From the IMG/VR virus record IMGVR_UViG_3300034073_003276: a stretch of 64,000 nucleotides of DNA; one strand, 5' to 3'. Shown in pieces: positions 51,500 through 61,627 of this stretch. The DNA comes from a virus. Taxonomy: Duplodnaviria > Caudoviricetes. Made by a program: the position numbers and the translations under genes. Numbering within the stretch: position 1 is the first letter of the stretch; each line of letters opens with the position of its first letter. Under the pieces are notes generated by a model. That model searched no databases. It was not told the origin of the DNA and saw nothing but the letters and a program-made list of their open reading frames with translations.

Positions 51500-52195
51500 T
51501 TAGATACCGAAACGACCTCTTAGCATATTGAAGTTTTGTTGGATTTCTGATGATGACAATTCTCTATTATATATTCTTGTTAGTGAGATTCTACCATCAA
51601 AATTATAAGTATTTGCTCCGTTAGTATACCCACCACCAATACCTATAGTTTGTGGTGAGGAAATTGGTCGATTAGCAACTGACCCTGCCAAAATTGACAT
51701 TGACTGAGAAACACCATTTATCCAAAGTTTTGCTTGAGTATAAGTTGCTGTTGTCCAGTTTGGAATATAAACCGCATAATGAACCCATTTACCAACAAAA
51801 ATTGAAGTTGCTCCAGAAATGCCGTATCTTAAAGAAGACCCATTATTGATTCCAAATTGGTCATTATACAACCAAGTATCAAGAGAAACATTATAAAATG
51901 TAAATGGCATATGTCCATTTACACTAATAGTATTTGCATAAATTATTTGTTCTATTGTGTTGCCACTTGTACTAACATTTACAGATGCTGTTGTCTCTGT
52001 ATTAACGTCATTTCCTCCATAATCTATCCAACCACCAGAATTATATTGACCAGCAGAAACTAAGGTTCCATCACTATCATTACCACTCAAATCAGTCCAA
52101 GTGGTTCCAGAACCAGGATATGAGTTTCGGTCTGCTGCGTCAAGTGCTAAGACTAAACCATTTTCTACGATGTCTGGACCTGCGGATGCTCCCAT
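51500..52195 (-). CDS. LamG/concanavalin A-like protein 1
   Basis: LVLALDAAD...W.DLSG...IYNR.L...EI.QNF. Confidence 0.8.
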   Translation of the reverse strand: MGASAGPDIVENGLVLALDAADRNSYPGSGTTWTDLSGNDSDGTLVSAGQYNSGGWIDYGGNDVNTETTASVNVSTSGNTIEQIIYANTISVNGHMPFTFYNVSLDTWLYNDQFGINNGSSLRYGISGATSIFVGKWVHYAVYIPNWTTATYTQAKLWINGVSQSMSILAGSVANRPISSPQTIGIGGGYTNGANTYNFDGRISLTRIYNRELSSSEIQQNFNMLRGRFGI

Positions 52196-52890
52196 TAGAT
52201 TCCAAACCTCCCTCTGAGTGCGTTAAAGTTTTGTTGGATTTCTGATGCTGTGAGTGCTCTGTTGTATATGGATACTTGTGCTATGTTTCCTGTAAATCTA
52301 CCAGAATCAGAATATCCATAACCAAAAATTAAATTGGTAATATAAATTAAAGGGACATGTCCAGCACTCACACCAAAGGTAGTAGTTTTTGAAAGTGAAT
52401 TTATGTAAATATCATAACTATTACCATTCCAATTAAAATTAATACAATTCCACCCCGAAGAAATATTTTCAGTTATAGATGTTCTTCTATATGTTCCAGC
52501 AGGATATTCATACAGTATCGTAAGTGTTTCATCACTCACTAATCCAGTTATGCTACCAAAATTGACTCCAGGTTGTAATGAAGATCCATAATTAAAAAAT
52601 CCATTACTTGAACTTTGTGTTATAGTAGAATTAAGATATATCCAACAATTTAAGTGGTATAAACTTTGATTGTAATTTATTATTTGAACTTGATCATTCA
52701 CCCCATCAAAACTCAAAGAACCTCCATTACCACTATTATATCCAACACCATTCACAAGAGTTCCTGTATTACCTCTACCACTCAAATCAGTCCAAGTGGT
52801 TCCAGAACCAGGATATGAGTTTCGGTCTGCTGCGTCAAGTGCTAATACGAGTCCTTGTGTGACTACTGTTGGTCCGTGTCCGAGTGCCAT
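52195..52890 (-). CDS. LamG/concanavalin A-like protein 2
   Basis: Same terminal motifs; FDGVND. Confidence 0.8.
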   Translation of the reverse strand: MALGHGPTVVTQGLVLALDAADRNSYPGSGTTWTDLSGRGNTGTLVNGVGYNSGNGGSLSFDGVNDQVQIINYNQSLYHLNCWIYLNSTITQSSSNGFFNYGSSLQPGVNFGSITGLVSDETLTILYEYPAGTYRRTSITENISSGWNCINFNWNGNSYDIYINSLSKTTTFGVSAGHVPLIYITNLIFGYGYSDSGRFTGNIAQVSIYNRALTASEIQQNFNALRGRFGI

Positions 52891-53579
52891 TAGATTCCAA
52901 ACCTCCCTCTAAGAGCATTGAAGTTTTGTGAGATTTCTGTTGATGTGAGTGCTCTGTTATATATGGAGCAAGAAAACACATTGCCAGTCCATAATCTATC
53001 ATCCGTATTTGGTCTACACGCAACACTAATATTACCAAAACTTGAAGAGTTTATATTACTACTGTCGTTTAATATTTTTATTTCATTATCCAACCACAAA
53101 GAATATGTTGAAGTATTATGAGTTAATGTAACAAAATAAATTTGATTCAAATTTATAGGAAATCTTAATGTTTTTTCATTTCCACCTGCACCAGCAAAAA
53201 CAAAATCTGAATTTGGTGTTACACCAATGCACCATTTAGTAGAACCACTAGAAGCATCTGCCGAAATTAATCGCTTTGAAACTGAAACGGTGTCGGAAGA
53301 AGTTAATGAAGTAAGATTAAAAAAAATACAAACAGTAAAAATACTACTCAAAGTTGAAACTGGTAGTGTAGTTCTACATAAATCATCAACTCCATCAAAA
53401 CTCAAAGAACCTCCATTACTCCCAGAATATCCAACACCATTCACAAGAGTTCCATTGTTCCCATTACCACTCAAATCAGTCCAAGTGGTTCCAGAACCAG
53501 GATATGAGTTTCGGTCTGCTGCGTCAAGTGCTAGAACCAACCCATCAGTCACAACTTTCGGTCCATACCCTATCGACAT
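52890..53579 (-). CDS. LamG/concanavalin A-like protein 3
   Basis: Same terminal motifs; FDGVDD. Confidence 0.8.
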   Translation of the reverse strand: MSIGYGPKVVTDGLVLALDAADRNSYPGSGTTWTDLSGNGNNGTLVNGVGYSGSNGGSLSFDGVDDLCRTTLPVSTLSSIFTVCIFFNLTSLTSSDTVSVSKRLISADASSGSTKWCIGVTPNSDFVFAGAGGNEKTLRFPINLNQIYFVTLTHNTSTYSLWLDNEIKILNDSSNINSSSFGNISVACRPNTDDRLWTGNVFSCSIYNRALTSTEISQNFNALRGRFGI

Positions 53580-53657
53580 CTTAGAATTCTTATCGTTTCT
53601 CTTATCGTTATGTATATATAATGGAATTCCTCATAGAGAGTAATATCTTTGTCTCTC

Positions 53658-54917
53658 TCAGATACGAACAGGATGTGGTCGTTTTTCATTACTTTTAATT
53701 GCACACAACCAAGCATTAGTAATAGCAATATTATTATCCCACCAAACAGTATCAAGACGATATTCTTGAAATCTTATTGATGTATTGTGTATATATTGTG
53801 CCTTATCTCCTCTCGTGTAGTACCAGAAACTATTTTCATTCCAATAACTCACATGAGTCGGGTCTTGAAATGCTCCTCTCCCATCAGTTGAGGGTACAGT
53901 AATAAATGCCCAACCACCATCACAGAGAACTCTATGAATTTCATTCATAATATGTATGGGATCTTTAACTTTTTGTAGTATATCATTCGCATAAAGGACA
54001 AATGCACTATTGTCCTCTAAAGGAATTTTATCATTTAAATCACACTGAATATCACAAAAAGATTCTTTACCAATAGAAACACAATTAGGTCTCCTACTAT
54101 GCAATGGACTTATATCAACCTTGAGTAGTTTTCTTTTATCAGCATCATGTTCAGCAAGTTTACATCCATATTGATGAAATAATTCAAAAGTTTTCTCTTG
54201 AATATTTTTTTGCCTTAGAGTTTGTGTATTACTCCCATCAGGAATCCACCTATAATAGTAAAGAACTTTAGGTATATGCACCATTTTAGTATTCAGATAA
54301 GTTCGAATTAACAATTCATGATCATCACAAATGTTAAATTCTGGATTATGTCCATTTAATTTTTGATATTCTGATTTTCTCCAAGTTCTTATGTGATCCG
54401 GAGCATACCAAATAATAGACAATGAATGACTTGTTGGAGGAAAACTATCCATTGCATAATATTTTTCTCCTCTAAATTCTTGGACTGTATGAGTCCAACC
54501 ATTTTCAGGATTCCAAGGAACTCTATCAGGATTAAGATCATACATTACAGCATTACTATAAACAAAACCCACTTCAGGATCTTGATATGCTTTATTCAAT
54601 TCTTCTAGGCAATCAGAAGAAATTAAGTCATCATGATCGACTTCGACTAAAATATCACCTTTAGCAAGATTAAATGCTTTGTGTTTAATAAATCCAATAT
54701 TTTCATGTGATTGTCCAGAAAAAACTTTAACATTATCATTGTCTCTAATTTCTAAAGGAATATCACCCACCTTACATTTTCCATTTACATATATTACCCA
54801 TTCCCAATTAGAGTAGGTTTGGTTTTTTATGGATTCATACAATTCCAAAAGATATGGAATATTAGTTTTTGAATGTTCTGGAGTAATGATGCTAAATTTA
54901 TAGTTCATATCAATCAA
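53658..54917 (-). CDS. GT2 glycosyltransferase fused to a methyltransferase-like domain
   Basis: FSIITP, VEVDHDD, DDHEL; C-terminal CDL...E.HRVL..GG...VP...DPTH. Confidence 0.75.
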   Translation of the reverse strand: MIDMNYKFSIITPEHSKTNIPYLLELYESIKNQTYSNWEWVIYVNGKCKVGDIPLEIRDNDNVKVFSGQSHENIGFIKHKAFNLAKGDILVEVDHDDLISSDCLEELNKAYQDPEVGFVYSNAVMYDLNPDRVPWNPENGWTHTVQEFRGEKYYAMDSFPPTSHSLSIIWYAPDHIRTWRKSEYQKLNGHNPEFNICDDHELLIRTYLNTKMVHIPKVLYYYRWIPDGSNTQTLRQKNIQEKTFELFHQYGCKLAEHDADKRKLLKVDISPLHSRRPNCVSIGKESFCDIQCDLNDKIPLEDNSAFVLYANDILQKVKDPIHIMNEIHRVLCDGGWAFITVPSTDGRGAFQDPTHVSYWNENSFWYYTRGDKAQYIHNTSIRFQEYRLDTVWWDNNIAITNAWLCAIKSNEKRPHPVRI

Positions 54918-55491
54918 AGAAAAACATGTGAAAAAGTCTAGAGTCTTCTAAAGTTTGTCCAAAATATTTTGATGCTGCGTGAATACACTTACCATTAAAA
55001 ATAACTAATCGATTAAAAACATTTCCTACAGTATCCACCAATTCAAATTTTGTACTGTCATAAAATCCACCAGAAAAACAATCATCAATTCCATCATCTT
55101 GGTGTCTTTTTTTAGTTTCTTTATGGGCATAAAAAGAAGTACCACATTCAAATGGAGCATTTGGTGTCAAATAAATCATTCCTGCCCACTGTTGATTATC
55201 AGTATGATACACTAAAAGATCTTGGGCATTGCAACTTTGAAAAACACCGTTCATTCCATAATCATCCCAAACATTAATTTTTTTCCCTATAATGTCTTCA
55301 AATACTTTTTTTGTTCCTGGAACAAAATATTGTGTTTGAGTTCTTTTTCCTTTATAGTATCTTAAATCTTCAACAAATTCTTGTTGAAGAGCAAAGTCTC
55401 TTATGATATATGGATCTGAATAAAAATTATCAACTACAAAAATTCTTTTATCAAAGTTGTGGTTAATTGTAGTGTTGGTTAAGAAATTCAT
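54910..55491 (-). CDS. DUF6445-like (2OG-Fe(II) oxygenase-like) protein
   Basis: VVDNFYSDP...G.RT...H.D...YLTP...FNRL..F....H. Confidence 0.7.
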   Translation of the reverse strand: MNFLTNTTINHNFDKRIFVVDNFYSDPYIIRDFALQQEFVEDLRYYKGKRTQTQYFVPGTKKVFEDIIGKKINVWDDYGMNGVFQSCNAQDLLVYHTDNQQWAGMIYLTPNAPFECGTSFYAHKETKKRHQDDGIDDCFSGGFYDSTKFELVDTVGNVFNRLVIFNGKCIHAASKYFGQTLEDSRLFHMFFFD

Positions 55492-56570
55492 TTTTTTAAT
55501 TTTTCTATTGCTGTGTTATGTAAATATTGAACATATTCTCCGGTGTCATAATATGCACCATTATGAATCAAAAACATTAAATTTGGAAAAGGATTTTTTC
55601 TTTCAGGATTTATAAGCATACTTGTATAATAGAACATATTTTCAAAATCTTCAAGGTCAAAGTATATTTCAGCAAGACCACATAGATGTTCATTTCTTTG
55701 AAAACAATATTTAGAACATTTTTCATATGCTTCTATTGCTTTATCATATTCTTTACAAAATTTGTATGCATTTCCAACTAAGTATTGGGAATAATAAACC
55801 ATCTCATCTGCTCTACCAACATAATCTACAAAACTTTGACAATAAAAAATACATCTTCTTGCATATTCTTTTTGATGTTCATACCCCAGAGGAAAATCAC
55901 TTCCATAACAATCACTATAACTTTTTCCAACATAAAAGAAATGATATAAATCTTGTAACAAAGTTCCTTTAGAAAGATGCTGTTCTTCTAACTCTAAAGC
56001 ATCTACTAAAAACTTAGTAGGATCTACATAAGAATTTCCTTCACTTGTAATAAACTGTCTAAACTTTGTGTCTAAAGTAAAGCGTTCAAAATCTTCTCCA
56101 CAATCAGGTAAGATAATACATTCATGTCTCTTGTCATGTTTAAATCTCCAAGGAAGTTTTGCATTCCACAACCTTGTTCTAAACCAAGATGCCCCTGTTG
56201 TAGTAGCCATAACATTCCAAGCTTTGACTTCTGTATCTTCTAGTATAGACCAATCAAAGTCATCATCAACAACTAATTGCTCATCAGCATCAATTCTAAA
56301 CAACCAATCACATTCATGATTAGTATTATAACACTCTTGAACTAAATGATCACTATTCCAACCAGGATATCGCCACTCTACATTATAACAATATCCTGGA
56401 ATGTCTTTATCCTCAAAAAACTTTTCTATGATCTCTTGTGTATTGTCTGTACCATTACACTGAATGATCCAATAATCAATATACCTATAACAAGATTTTA
56501 AAACTCTTTCAATAATGTGAGATTCATTTCCCACCATCATATTCAGACACAGTTTAGTTTTTTTCATCAT
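55488..56570 (-). CDS. GT2-like glycosyltransferase with TPR tail
   Basis: LCLNMMV.NE...GTD.T...IDADE...H. Confidence 0.75.
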   Translation of the reverse strand: MMKKTKLCLNMMVGNESHIIERVLKSCYRYIDYWIIQCNGTDNTQEIIEKFFEDKDIPGYCYNVEWRYPGWNSDHLVQECYNTNHECDWLFRIDADEQLVVDDDFDWSILEDTEVKAWNVMATTTGASWFRTRLWNAKLPWRFKHDKRHECIILPDCGEDFERFTLDTKFRQFITSEGNSYVDPTKFLVDALELEEQHLSKGTLLQDLYHFFYVGKSYSDCYGSDFPLGYEHQKEYARRCIFYCQSFVDYVGRADEMVYYSQYLVGNAYKFCKEYDKAIEAYEKCSKYCFQRNEHLCGLAEIYFDLEDFENMFYYTSMLINPERKNPFPNLMFLIHNGAYYDTGEYVQYLHNTAIEKLKK

Positions 56571-57613
56571 TCTTCAATTTCAGTATTTGGTGTCAAAATG
56601 TGATCTACAAATCCCATTCTTTTCAATTTGTTTGCAGTTCTTGCAATAGTTTGATCTATAGTCAGATACTTATATGTTGCAGTTCTTCCCACAAAAATTG
56701 TATTTTTTTCTTCTTGCATTAAAGGTTTATATTGTTCAAACTGTTCCAGATATTTTCCAAATATCATAGGATAATAAGGATTATTCACTCCCTCAACATG
56801 TTCTATAGGATATTCTCTGGTAACGATTGTTGTTTCAACATCTTGATTATACCAATAAGAATGATCAATTGCCCTATTCCACATATTATTTTTATTACAT
56901 TCATTTAACTGAATATAAACTGTTTTGGGACAATAGATATGTTCAAACTTCAAAGACCTATAAGATAAAGGTCCATGCTGATAGTTAAAATAATTATCTA
57001 CCTTTCCAGTAAAAACTAAAAGGTCACATTTATCTTTAAGTTTTTTCCACTCATCTTTTGGAACATTCAAATGAACTGGAATATCATCAAAAATATTTTT
57101 GAACATATCTACAAATCCATTCTTTGGAAGACCTTGATACTTTTGTGACGTAAAGGAACCATCTGTTCCAGGTTTTCTTACAGGAAGTCTATTCAAAATT
57201 CCCATAGGAAGTTCTTCCATTTTAACTCCCCACATCTTTTCAGAGTAGTCTCTGAAAACCAATTCTTTAATTTCATTATCATCCAATCTTCTTCCAATAA
57301 TTTTATCAGAGTTATCATTATATGGAATTGGAATTCTACCTAACTTTGTATTTGCCCAAACTTGAACTGAAAAGTTATTAAAGGAAGCAAACTGATTTAA
57401 CCACTTCCATACACGTTCACTATCAGTATGAATAGCATGTGGACCATGAGCATGAACCACACAACCTGTTCTTTCATCCACATAATCATAACAGTTTCCA
57501 GACAGATATTCTCTTGTCTCAAATACTTCTACATCCCATCTATTATCTTTTAAAATTCTCGCAGAAGTTGCACCTGCAGTGCCTGATCCAATTACATATG
57601 CCAACATCATCAA
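56567..57613 (-). CDS. glf: UDP-galactopyranose mutase
   Basis: IG.G.AG FAD motif, GNCYD, H..GPH..HT, Y..KMW, YRSL.FE, P.YP, GR.A.YKY. Confidence 0.9.
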   Translation of the reverse strand: MMMLAYVIGSGTAGATSARILKDNRWDVEVFETREYLSGNCYDYVDERTGCVVHAHGPHAIHTDSERVWKWLNQFASFNNFSVQVWANTKLGRIPIPYNDNSDKIIGRRLDDNEIKELVFRDYSEKMWGVKMEELPMGILNRLPVRKPGTDGSFTSQKYQGLPKNGFVDMFKNIFDDIPVHLNVPKDEWKKLKDKCDLLVFTGKVDNYFNYQHGPLSYRSLKFEHIYCPKTVYIQLNECNKNNMWNRAIDHSYWYNQDVETTIVTREYPIEHVEGVNNPYYPMIFGKYLEQFEQYKPLMQEEKNTIFVGRTATYKYLTIDQTIARTANKLKRMGFVDHILTPNTEIEE

Positions 57614-58176
57614 TACCTTGTATTAAAGAAAAACGTTTGAAATAGTCTACCATTATTAATATCATTCCCAAAATAATTTATAGAAGAATGATATAGATTG
57701 CCAGAATAAAGAATTAATCGATTATAGATGTTTCCAACTTTATCAACAACCTCCCATTTTGTAAGATCGTAAGAGTCTTCACCATGATCCTTTTTATCAA
57801 TGGAAAATCTTTCGTTTGTTTCTTTATGCAAGTACAATGCAGTTCCACCATCAATTGGTGCGTTTGGAGTTAAATAACAGACTCCTGCCCACATATTGTT
57901 ATAATCGGAATGAATCCATGTTCTATCCATTGAGGTACAAATCTGAAAAGACCCACTATACCCATCCCCATTTTCATCAAGAAACCAATCAGTTACTCCA
58001 CCACCAGCATAAGATATTAAAGAATTAATAACTTCTTTCTGACTATCATTTAAAAAAGATTTTGTTCTAAGACCAGGAAAATTTCCACGAACAGAAAATT
58101 CTTGATTTAATGCAAAATTCCTAACAGCATCAGGATCACTATAAAAATCATCAACTATTATCAAATTAACTTTCAT
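57610..58176 (-). CDS. DUF6445-like (2OG-Fe(II) oxygenase-like) protein
   Basis: VDDFYSDP...PG.RT...WIH.D...YLTP...YNRL....H. Confidence 0.7.
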   Translation of the reverse strand: MKVNLIIVDDFYSDPDAVRNFALNQEFSVRGNFPGLRTKSFLNDSQKEVINSLISYAGGGVTDWFLDENGDGYSGSFQICTSMDRTWIHSDYNNMWAGVCYLTPNAPIDGGTALYLHKETNERFSIDKKDHGEDSYDLTKWEVVDKVGNIYNRLILYSGNLYHSSINYFGNDINNGRLFQTFFFNTRY

Positions 58177-58445
58177 ACAATTACAGGTTCTCCTTGACCT
58201 TCTGGAAGTTTTTCCCTATAAGAATTTAATTGCTCCACTTTTCCAGCAGGCAGTCCAATCTGTCCAGGAAGTTGTTTATCAGTTGTTGAAGTAATATCAA
58301 TCACTTGATCCATAATAAAACGATGCCGACTGTAAGAGCGATTATTTGAATCAAAACTGACCATCATAATCGCATCATTAATATCACCACAGTGTGCAAT
58401 GACTCTTCCAGTCTTATTATCAGTTACGATCCAGTATTCGTTCAT
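58173..58445 (-). CDS. Hypothetical protein
   Basis: Co-oriented 90-aa ORF coupled to the next gene. Confidence 0.5.
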   Translation of the reverse strand: MNEYWIVTDNKTGRVIAHCGDINDAIMMVSFDSNNRSYSRHRFIMDQVIDITSTTDKQLPGQIGLPAGKVEQLNSYREKLPEGQGEPVIV

Positions 58446-58550
58446 TATCTAAAGTCTTTTGATTATTATAGGACACTTCTGGTTTTCTGTAAAGGTTTGG
58501 AAAAGTATCTCTTATAATTTCTGCGAGTTTATAAGGTGTTTCTGTAGTAA

Positions 58551-59264
58551 TCATTTATATTTTTCAAGAGAGTACATTCCATTTTTTTCAACAATTGCCG
58601 TACAAGAATCACACCAATCACCACAACACATATACAGAAGTTTGTTAAAGTATCTCACATTACCATGATGAATATGCCCACAGATTACTCCATTATATTT
58701 TTTATCTCTCTGAACACAGAAAGATGAAATATCAGTCTCATAACGATTGATATAGTTTTTACCTCTTACTGTATTCTTAAGAGCATAAACCAAAGAGAAT
58801 CTAAAAAACCTTTCCAGAAATAAACTTAAAGGTGTAATCAGTTCATATCCTTTATTGAACATTAACTGCTTCCAAGAACCAGAAGAATACTCAGAATACT
58901 TATCTCCATGAACACAAAGAAATTTGTTTCCCTTTGAATCTTCATGAACATATTCATCAACCATTCGGAAGTTCTTATGTTTAAAATCACAATACCGACG
59001 AATCTGACCTTCGTGATTTCCAAGAATATAAACGACTTCTGTACCTTTCTTGATTAGATTCATAATCTGATGAACACACTCAGTATGCTCTTTCGTCCAA
59101 CGAGTGTTATATTTTTCCATACAGGCAATATCAATAATATCACCCACTAAAACTAACTTTTTTGTTTTTAGGTTTTTAATGAACTTATAAAATCTTTCCG
59201 TATCACATCTAGGCGTCCCCAAATGAACATCAGAAATGAATACCGTATCGTAAGTCATAATCAA
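58551..59264 (-). CDS. LpxH-like metallophosphoesterase
   Basis: SD.HLG, GDIID, GNHE, HGD, CGH.H, GDW motifs. Confidence 0.85.
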   Translation of the reverse strand: MIMTYDTVFISDVHLGTPRCDTERFYKFIKNLKTKKLVLVGDIIDIACMEKYNTRWTKEHTECVHQIMNLIKKGTEVVYILGNHEGQIRRYCDFKHKNFRMVDEYVHEDSKGNKFLCVHGDKYSEYSSGSWKQLMFNKGYELITPLSLFLERFFRFSLVYALKNTVRGKNYINRYETDISSFCVQRDKKYNGVICGHIHHGNVRYFNKLLYMCCGDWCDSCTAIVEKNGMYSLEKYK

Positions 59265-59422
59265 TATCTTGACGGTGTATATTCAATGTCTTCTAGGATT
59301 TCATTGAGCATTGTACCATATTCTTTAAATCTTTTGTCACCAGCAATAAAACATCTCTGACGCATCCATACCGCATCGGCAAGAAGTTTTACTTGGTCTT
59401 CTGTGAGTGTTATGGTTTTCAT
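59261..59422 (-). CDS. 53-aa hypothetical protein
   Basis: Manual translation MKTITLTEDQVKLLADAVWMRQRCFIAGDKRFKEYG... Confidence 0.5.
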   Translation of the reverse strand: MKTITLTEDQVKLLADAVWMRQRCFIAGDKRFKEYGTMLNEILEDIEYTPSRY

Positions 59423-59534
59423 TTTAGTATTGCAACCTTCTTATGTAGTAGTTTAATAATGATAATGGTCTGTGAGTGATATGAGAGTTATAAAGACTCC
59501 GAAGAGTATGAAGAATGTGAGGATTGGGAGCATT

Positions 59535-59690
59535 TTATTGATGTTTTTGTAGGTATTTAATCATTTCCTGTAAATATTCAGTTGCTTTATCCCAATTTCC
59601 ATTAAATCTTTCTTCTAATTGATTATAAATTTTTTCTGCTCTTTCATATTCAAGTCCAGTTGATTGAATAAATCCTTCTTTAGTAATCAT
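59535..59690 (-). CDS. 51-aa hypothetical protein
   Basis: Manual translation MITKEGFIQSTGLEYERAEKIYNQLEERF...; overlaps the endonuclease stop. Confidence 0.45.
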   Translation of the reverse strand: MITKEGFIQSTGLEYERAEKIYNQLEERFNGNWDKATEYLQEMIKYLQKHQ

Positions 59691-60294
59691 AATGTTTTAG
59701 TGTTTTTTCTGTAAGGTTAATGATTTCAGTTATAGGCAATTCTACCATATAACACTCTGTATATCCACTATCTGTGGTCTTAAAATTAATTTTATAATTT
59801 TGATATTTTTGATGAATAAACTTTTCAAGGTGATGCACTTGATAATGTATACCTTTCCATATTTTTATTACACTATGAAGTTTATTTTTAGTATGATTTG
59901 ATAGTTTATTAAAACTCCTACCAACTTTATAAACTAATTTTCCATCAAGATAAACAATCACCAAATACAAATAATCAGTATCAAAATATCTTTTACTCCA
60001 AGGATTTTGATAATTGTTTCCTTTTAATTTTTCTCCATATTTTTTAACTCTTTCATCAGTATCTTTTGTTAGACCTTTATTCCAAGATACTTGTGCTCCT
60101 TTTACTCCCTTATTCCAAGGTTCTTTTCCAATCTGCCATTCAGACCAATTCCTAGAAATATTACAAGATTTTATGTGCTTATATACACTCGGTTTTGGAA
60201 CATTAAGTTGTCTTGAAATCTCATAAGAAGAAAGACCAGACAAATACATTTGTTCCCAAAGTTTCTTATCATCATCAGTATATTTCACATTCAT
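59680..60294 (-). mobile_element. Putative endonuclease: HTH, WNKG repeats and a C-terminal GIY-YIG-like domain, directly downstream of psbA
   Basis: S.YEISRQLNV...VY HTH; EPWNKG/SWNKG; YLYLV...YKVGRS...LEK.IH; own TATAAATA promoter; start trimmed to MNVKY. Confidence 0.6.
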
Positions 60295-60324
60295 TGTGGT
60301 CTGCTCATAGTTATTATTATTTAT

Positions 60325-60348
60325 AAAAAAGAGACCTTTGCAGGTCTC
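60325..60348 (-). terminator. psbA terminator hairpin
   Basis: GAGACC-TGCAAA-GGTCTC-TTTTTT on the minus strand. Confidence 0.7.
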
Positions 60349-60376
60349 CATATTATACCATATATTTAGTTTTATA

Positions 60377-61456
60377 TCAACCGATTGAGGGGGCAGTGAG
60401 AGCAACTTCAGTTGTTGAAGCAGTAGCAAGGTCTAAAGGAAAATTATGTGCATTCCTTTCATGCATAACCTCAATACCAAGGTTTGCTCCATTTACCAAA
60501 TCTGCCCAAGTTTTAACTACACGACCTTGACTATCTTGAATGGATTGATTGAAATTAAATCCATTGAGATTAAATGCCATAGTGCTTACTCCAAGGGAAG
60601 TAAACCAAATTCCAATAACAGGGAGAGCAGCAAGGAAGAAGTGAAGTGAACGAGAATTATTAAAAGAAGCATATTGGAAAATAAGACGACCGAAATACCC
60701 GTGTGCAGCACAGATATTATAAGTTTCTTCTTCTTGACCAAACTTATACCCATAGTTTTGAGATTCTTGTTCTGTGGTTTCACGCACCAGGGAGGATGTC
60801 ACCAAAGAACCATGCATTGCTCCAGCAAATGCTCCACCAAAAACACCGATTACGCCCATCATATGGAATGGGTGCATCAGGATATTGTGCTCTGCCTGGA
60901 ACACAAGCATGTAGTTGAACGTACCAGAGATACCCAGAGGCATCGCATCAGAGAAAGAACCTTGACCGAAAGGATAGACCAGGAATACAGCAGAAGCAGC
61001 AGCAACAGGTGCGCTGTAAGCAACACAGATCCAAGGACGCATACCTAGACGGTAAGAGAGTTCCCACTCACGACCCATATAAGCATAAACACCAATGAGG
61101 AAGTGGAAGACAACCAGTTGGAAAGGACCACCGTTGTAAAGCCACTCATCCAGAGAGGCAGCTTCCCAGATTGGGTAAAAGTGCAGTCCAATTGCGTTGG
61201 ACGAAGGAACAACAGCACCAGAGATGATGTTGTTTCCATACATTAGAGAACCAGCAACGGGTTCACGAATACCATCAATGTCCACTGGGGGAGCACCGAT
61301 GAATGCAATGATGAAACAAGTTGTCGCAGCAAGCAGACAAGGAATCATCAGAACACCGAACCACCCCACATAAAGGCGGTTATCGGTTGAAGTAACCCAC
61401 TGGCAAAAAGATTCCCAGGGATTAGTAGAATTGCGTTGTGCAATAGAAGCAGTCAT
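60377..61456 (-). CDS. psbA: Photosystem II D1 protein (359 aa), atypical C-terminal half
   Basis: Unmistakable D1 sequence from MTASIAQR; Mn-cluster ligands retained; no intron seen. Confidence 0.98.
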   Translation of the reverse strand: MTASIAQRNSTNPWESFCQWVTSTDNRLYVGWFGVLMIPCLLAATTCFIIAFIGAPPVDIDGIREPVAGSLMYGNNIISGAVVPSSNAIGLHFYPIWEAASLDEWLYNGGPFQLVVFHFLIGVYAYMGREWELSYRLGMRPWICVAYSAPVAAASAVFLVYPFGQGSFSDAMPLGISGTFNYMLVFQAEHNILMHPFHMMGVIGVFGGAFAGAMHGSLVTSSLVRETTEQESQNYGYKFGQEEETYNICAAHGYFGRLIFQYASFNNSRSLHFFLAALPVIGIWFTSLGVSTMAFNLNGFNFNQSIQDSQGRVVKTWADLVNGANLGIEVMHERNAHNFPLDLATASTTEVALTAPSIG

Positions 61457-61502
61457 TTTCGTTAAAGGGTAAGTAGTGCTCAGGGGGAACTGAACGAATA
61501 CA

Positions 61503-61572
61503 TTATATCCCACACCACCCTCCAGTGTGGGTATGAGAGACGTGCTTTATACACCCATAGGTCTCGGTTAAC
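61503..61572 (-). ncRNA. PhotoRC-II-like RNA in the psbA leader
   Basis: CCGAGACC...CGTCTCTCATACCCACAC-TGGAGGGTG-GTGTGGGA, a paired element upstream of psbA resembling the recalled motif. Confidence 0.6.
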
Positions 61573-61627
61573 AGGTGTGGACAATGTTAAGAATTATGAG
61601 GAATCCGTAACATTTGTTTACCTATTT

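Noticed and set aside
59535-59690. Stranded old psbA 3' end downstream of the endonuclease, as at gp51
   Set aside because: The region encodes an unrelated small ORF; no D1-like remnant was found
60377-61513. Group I intron in psbA, or the extended N-terminus from the ORF track
   Set aside because: D1 is uninterrupted; the upstream ATG lies within the structured leader and MTASIAQR gives canonical numbering (W14)
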